Of a stretch of 64,000 nucleotides of DNA, positions 63,818 to 64,000 are shown piece by piece. Source of the stretch: an uncultured Pseudomonadota bacterium (GTDB lineage Bacteria > Pseudomonadota > Alphaproteobacteria > Rs-D84); the NCBI GenBank assembly GCA_902787305.1, contig CADAFS010000001.1, positions 16,980-80,979 on the forward strand. The letters run 5' to 3'. The number at the start of each line of letters is the position of its first letter. Within the stretch, counting starts at the first letter, position 1. The notes under the pieces are model-generated. The model ran no database searches. It saw only the letters and a program-made list of their open reading frames with translations, and had not been told where the DNA came from. Position numbers and translations under genes: made by a program.

Positions 63818-64000
63818 ATGTCCAAGACAAAAAGATTATTTTTATTTGCCGCATATGTTAAGGATGGCGTCGTAGATAAATCTTTGATGTATTATGTGCG
63901 CGCTTTATCCGATTGTGGCGATGTTGTGTTATGCATGGATTCAAATTGTAGTGATCGTGAATTAGAAAAATTAAAGAATTTTACCGTTCATACAATTGCC
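63818..64000 (+). CDS. RgpF-like glycosyltransferase paralog, 3'-truncated by the window edge
   Basis: MSKTKRLFLFAAYVKDGVVDKSLMYYVRALSDCGDVVLCMDSNCSDRELEKL parallels the N-terminus of 61986-62834. It is open to nt 64000 and is not in the ORF track because no stop is reached. Confidence 0.65.
   Translation, partial: MSKTKRLFLFAAYVKDGVVDKSLMYYVRALSDCGDVVLCMDSNCSDRELEKLKNFTVHTIA

Overview
This is a gene-dense 64-kb chromosomal segment from a Gram-negative bacterium. It is most likely an alphaproteobacterium with a compact, possibly host-associated genome. That inference rests on a GapR/DUF2312 protein, an alpha-type AddB, lolC-lolD, SecB, an LpoA-like gene divergent from rsmI, a lone VirB2-like pilin and many overlapping gene ends. 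Most of the window is housekeeping: uvrB, tsaE, ftsQ-ftsA, lolCD, def-fmt-truA, ileS, nth, pyrG, pyk, rsmI, engB, addB, xth, mnmE, ruvA, yebC, ruvC, mltA, secB and recA. It also holds a marR-tolC-adaptor-RND efflux operon, tRNA-Gln(UUG), tRNA-Thr(CGU), and a glycosyltransferase (surface glycan) cluster from 58.2 kb to the window end. I saw no rRNA, CRISPR array, transposase, integrase or phage genes.

The most notable observations are:
- A tight four-gene cassette of uncharacterised signal-peptide proteins (two families, each duplicated) at 23.5-25.5 kb. A decayed third copy follows, fused to a 252-bp duplicate of the rmuC 3' end.
- A dispersed family of GC-rich double-hairpin, heptad-array, MITE-like repeats. 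One copy sits in-frame inside mnmE.
- An 11-codon leader ORF with four consecutive Ile codons plus an intrinsic terminator directly upstream of ileS.
- An ftsA ORF that runs without a stop into a complete rpe.
- A promoter-to-terminator candidate structured sRNA of about 200 nt.
- A 6-Cys C-terminal motif shared by two otherwise unrelated exported proteins.

All calls come from reading the sequence and the ORF track by eye. No database search was run.
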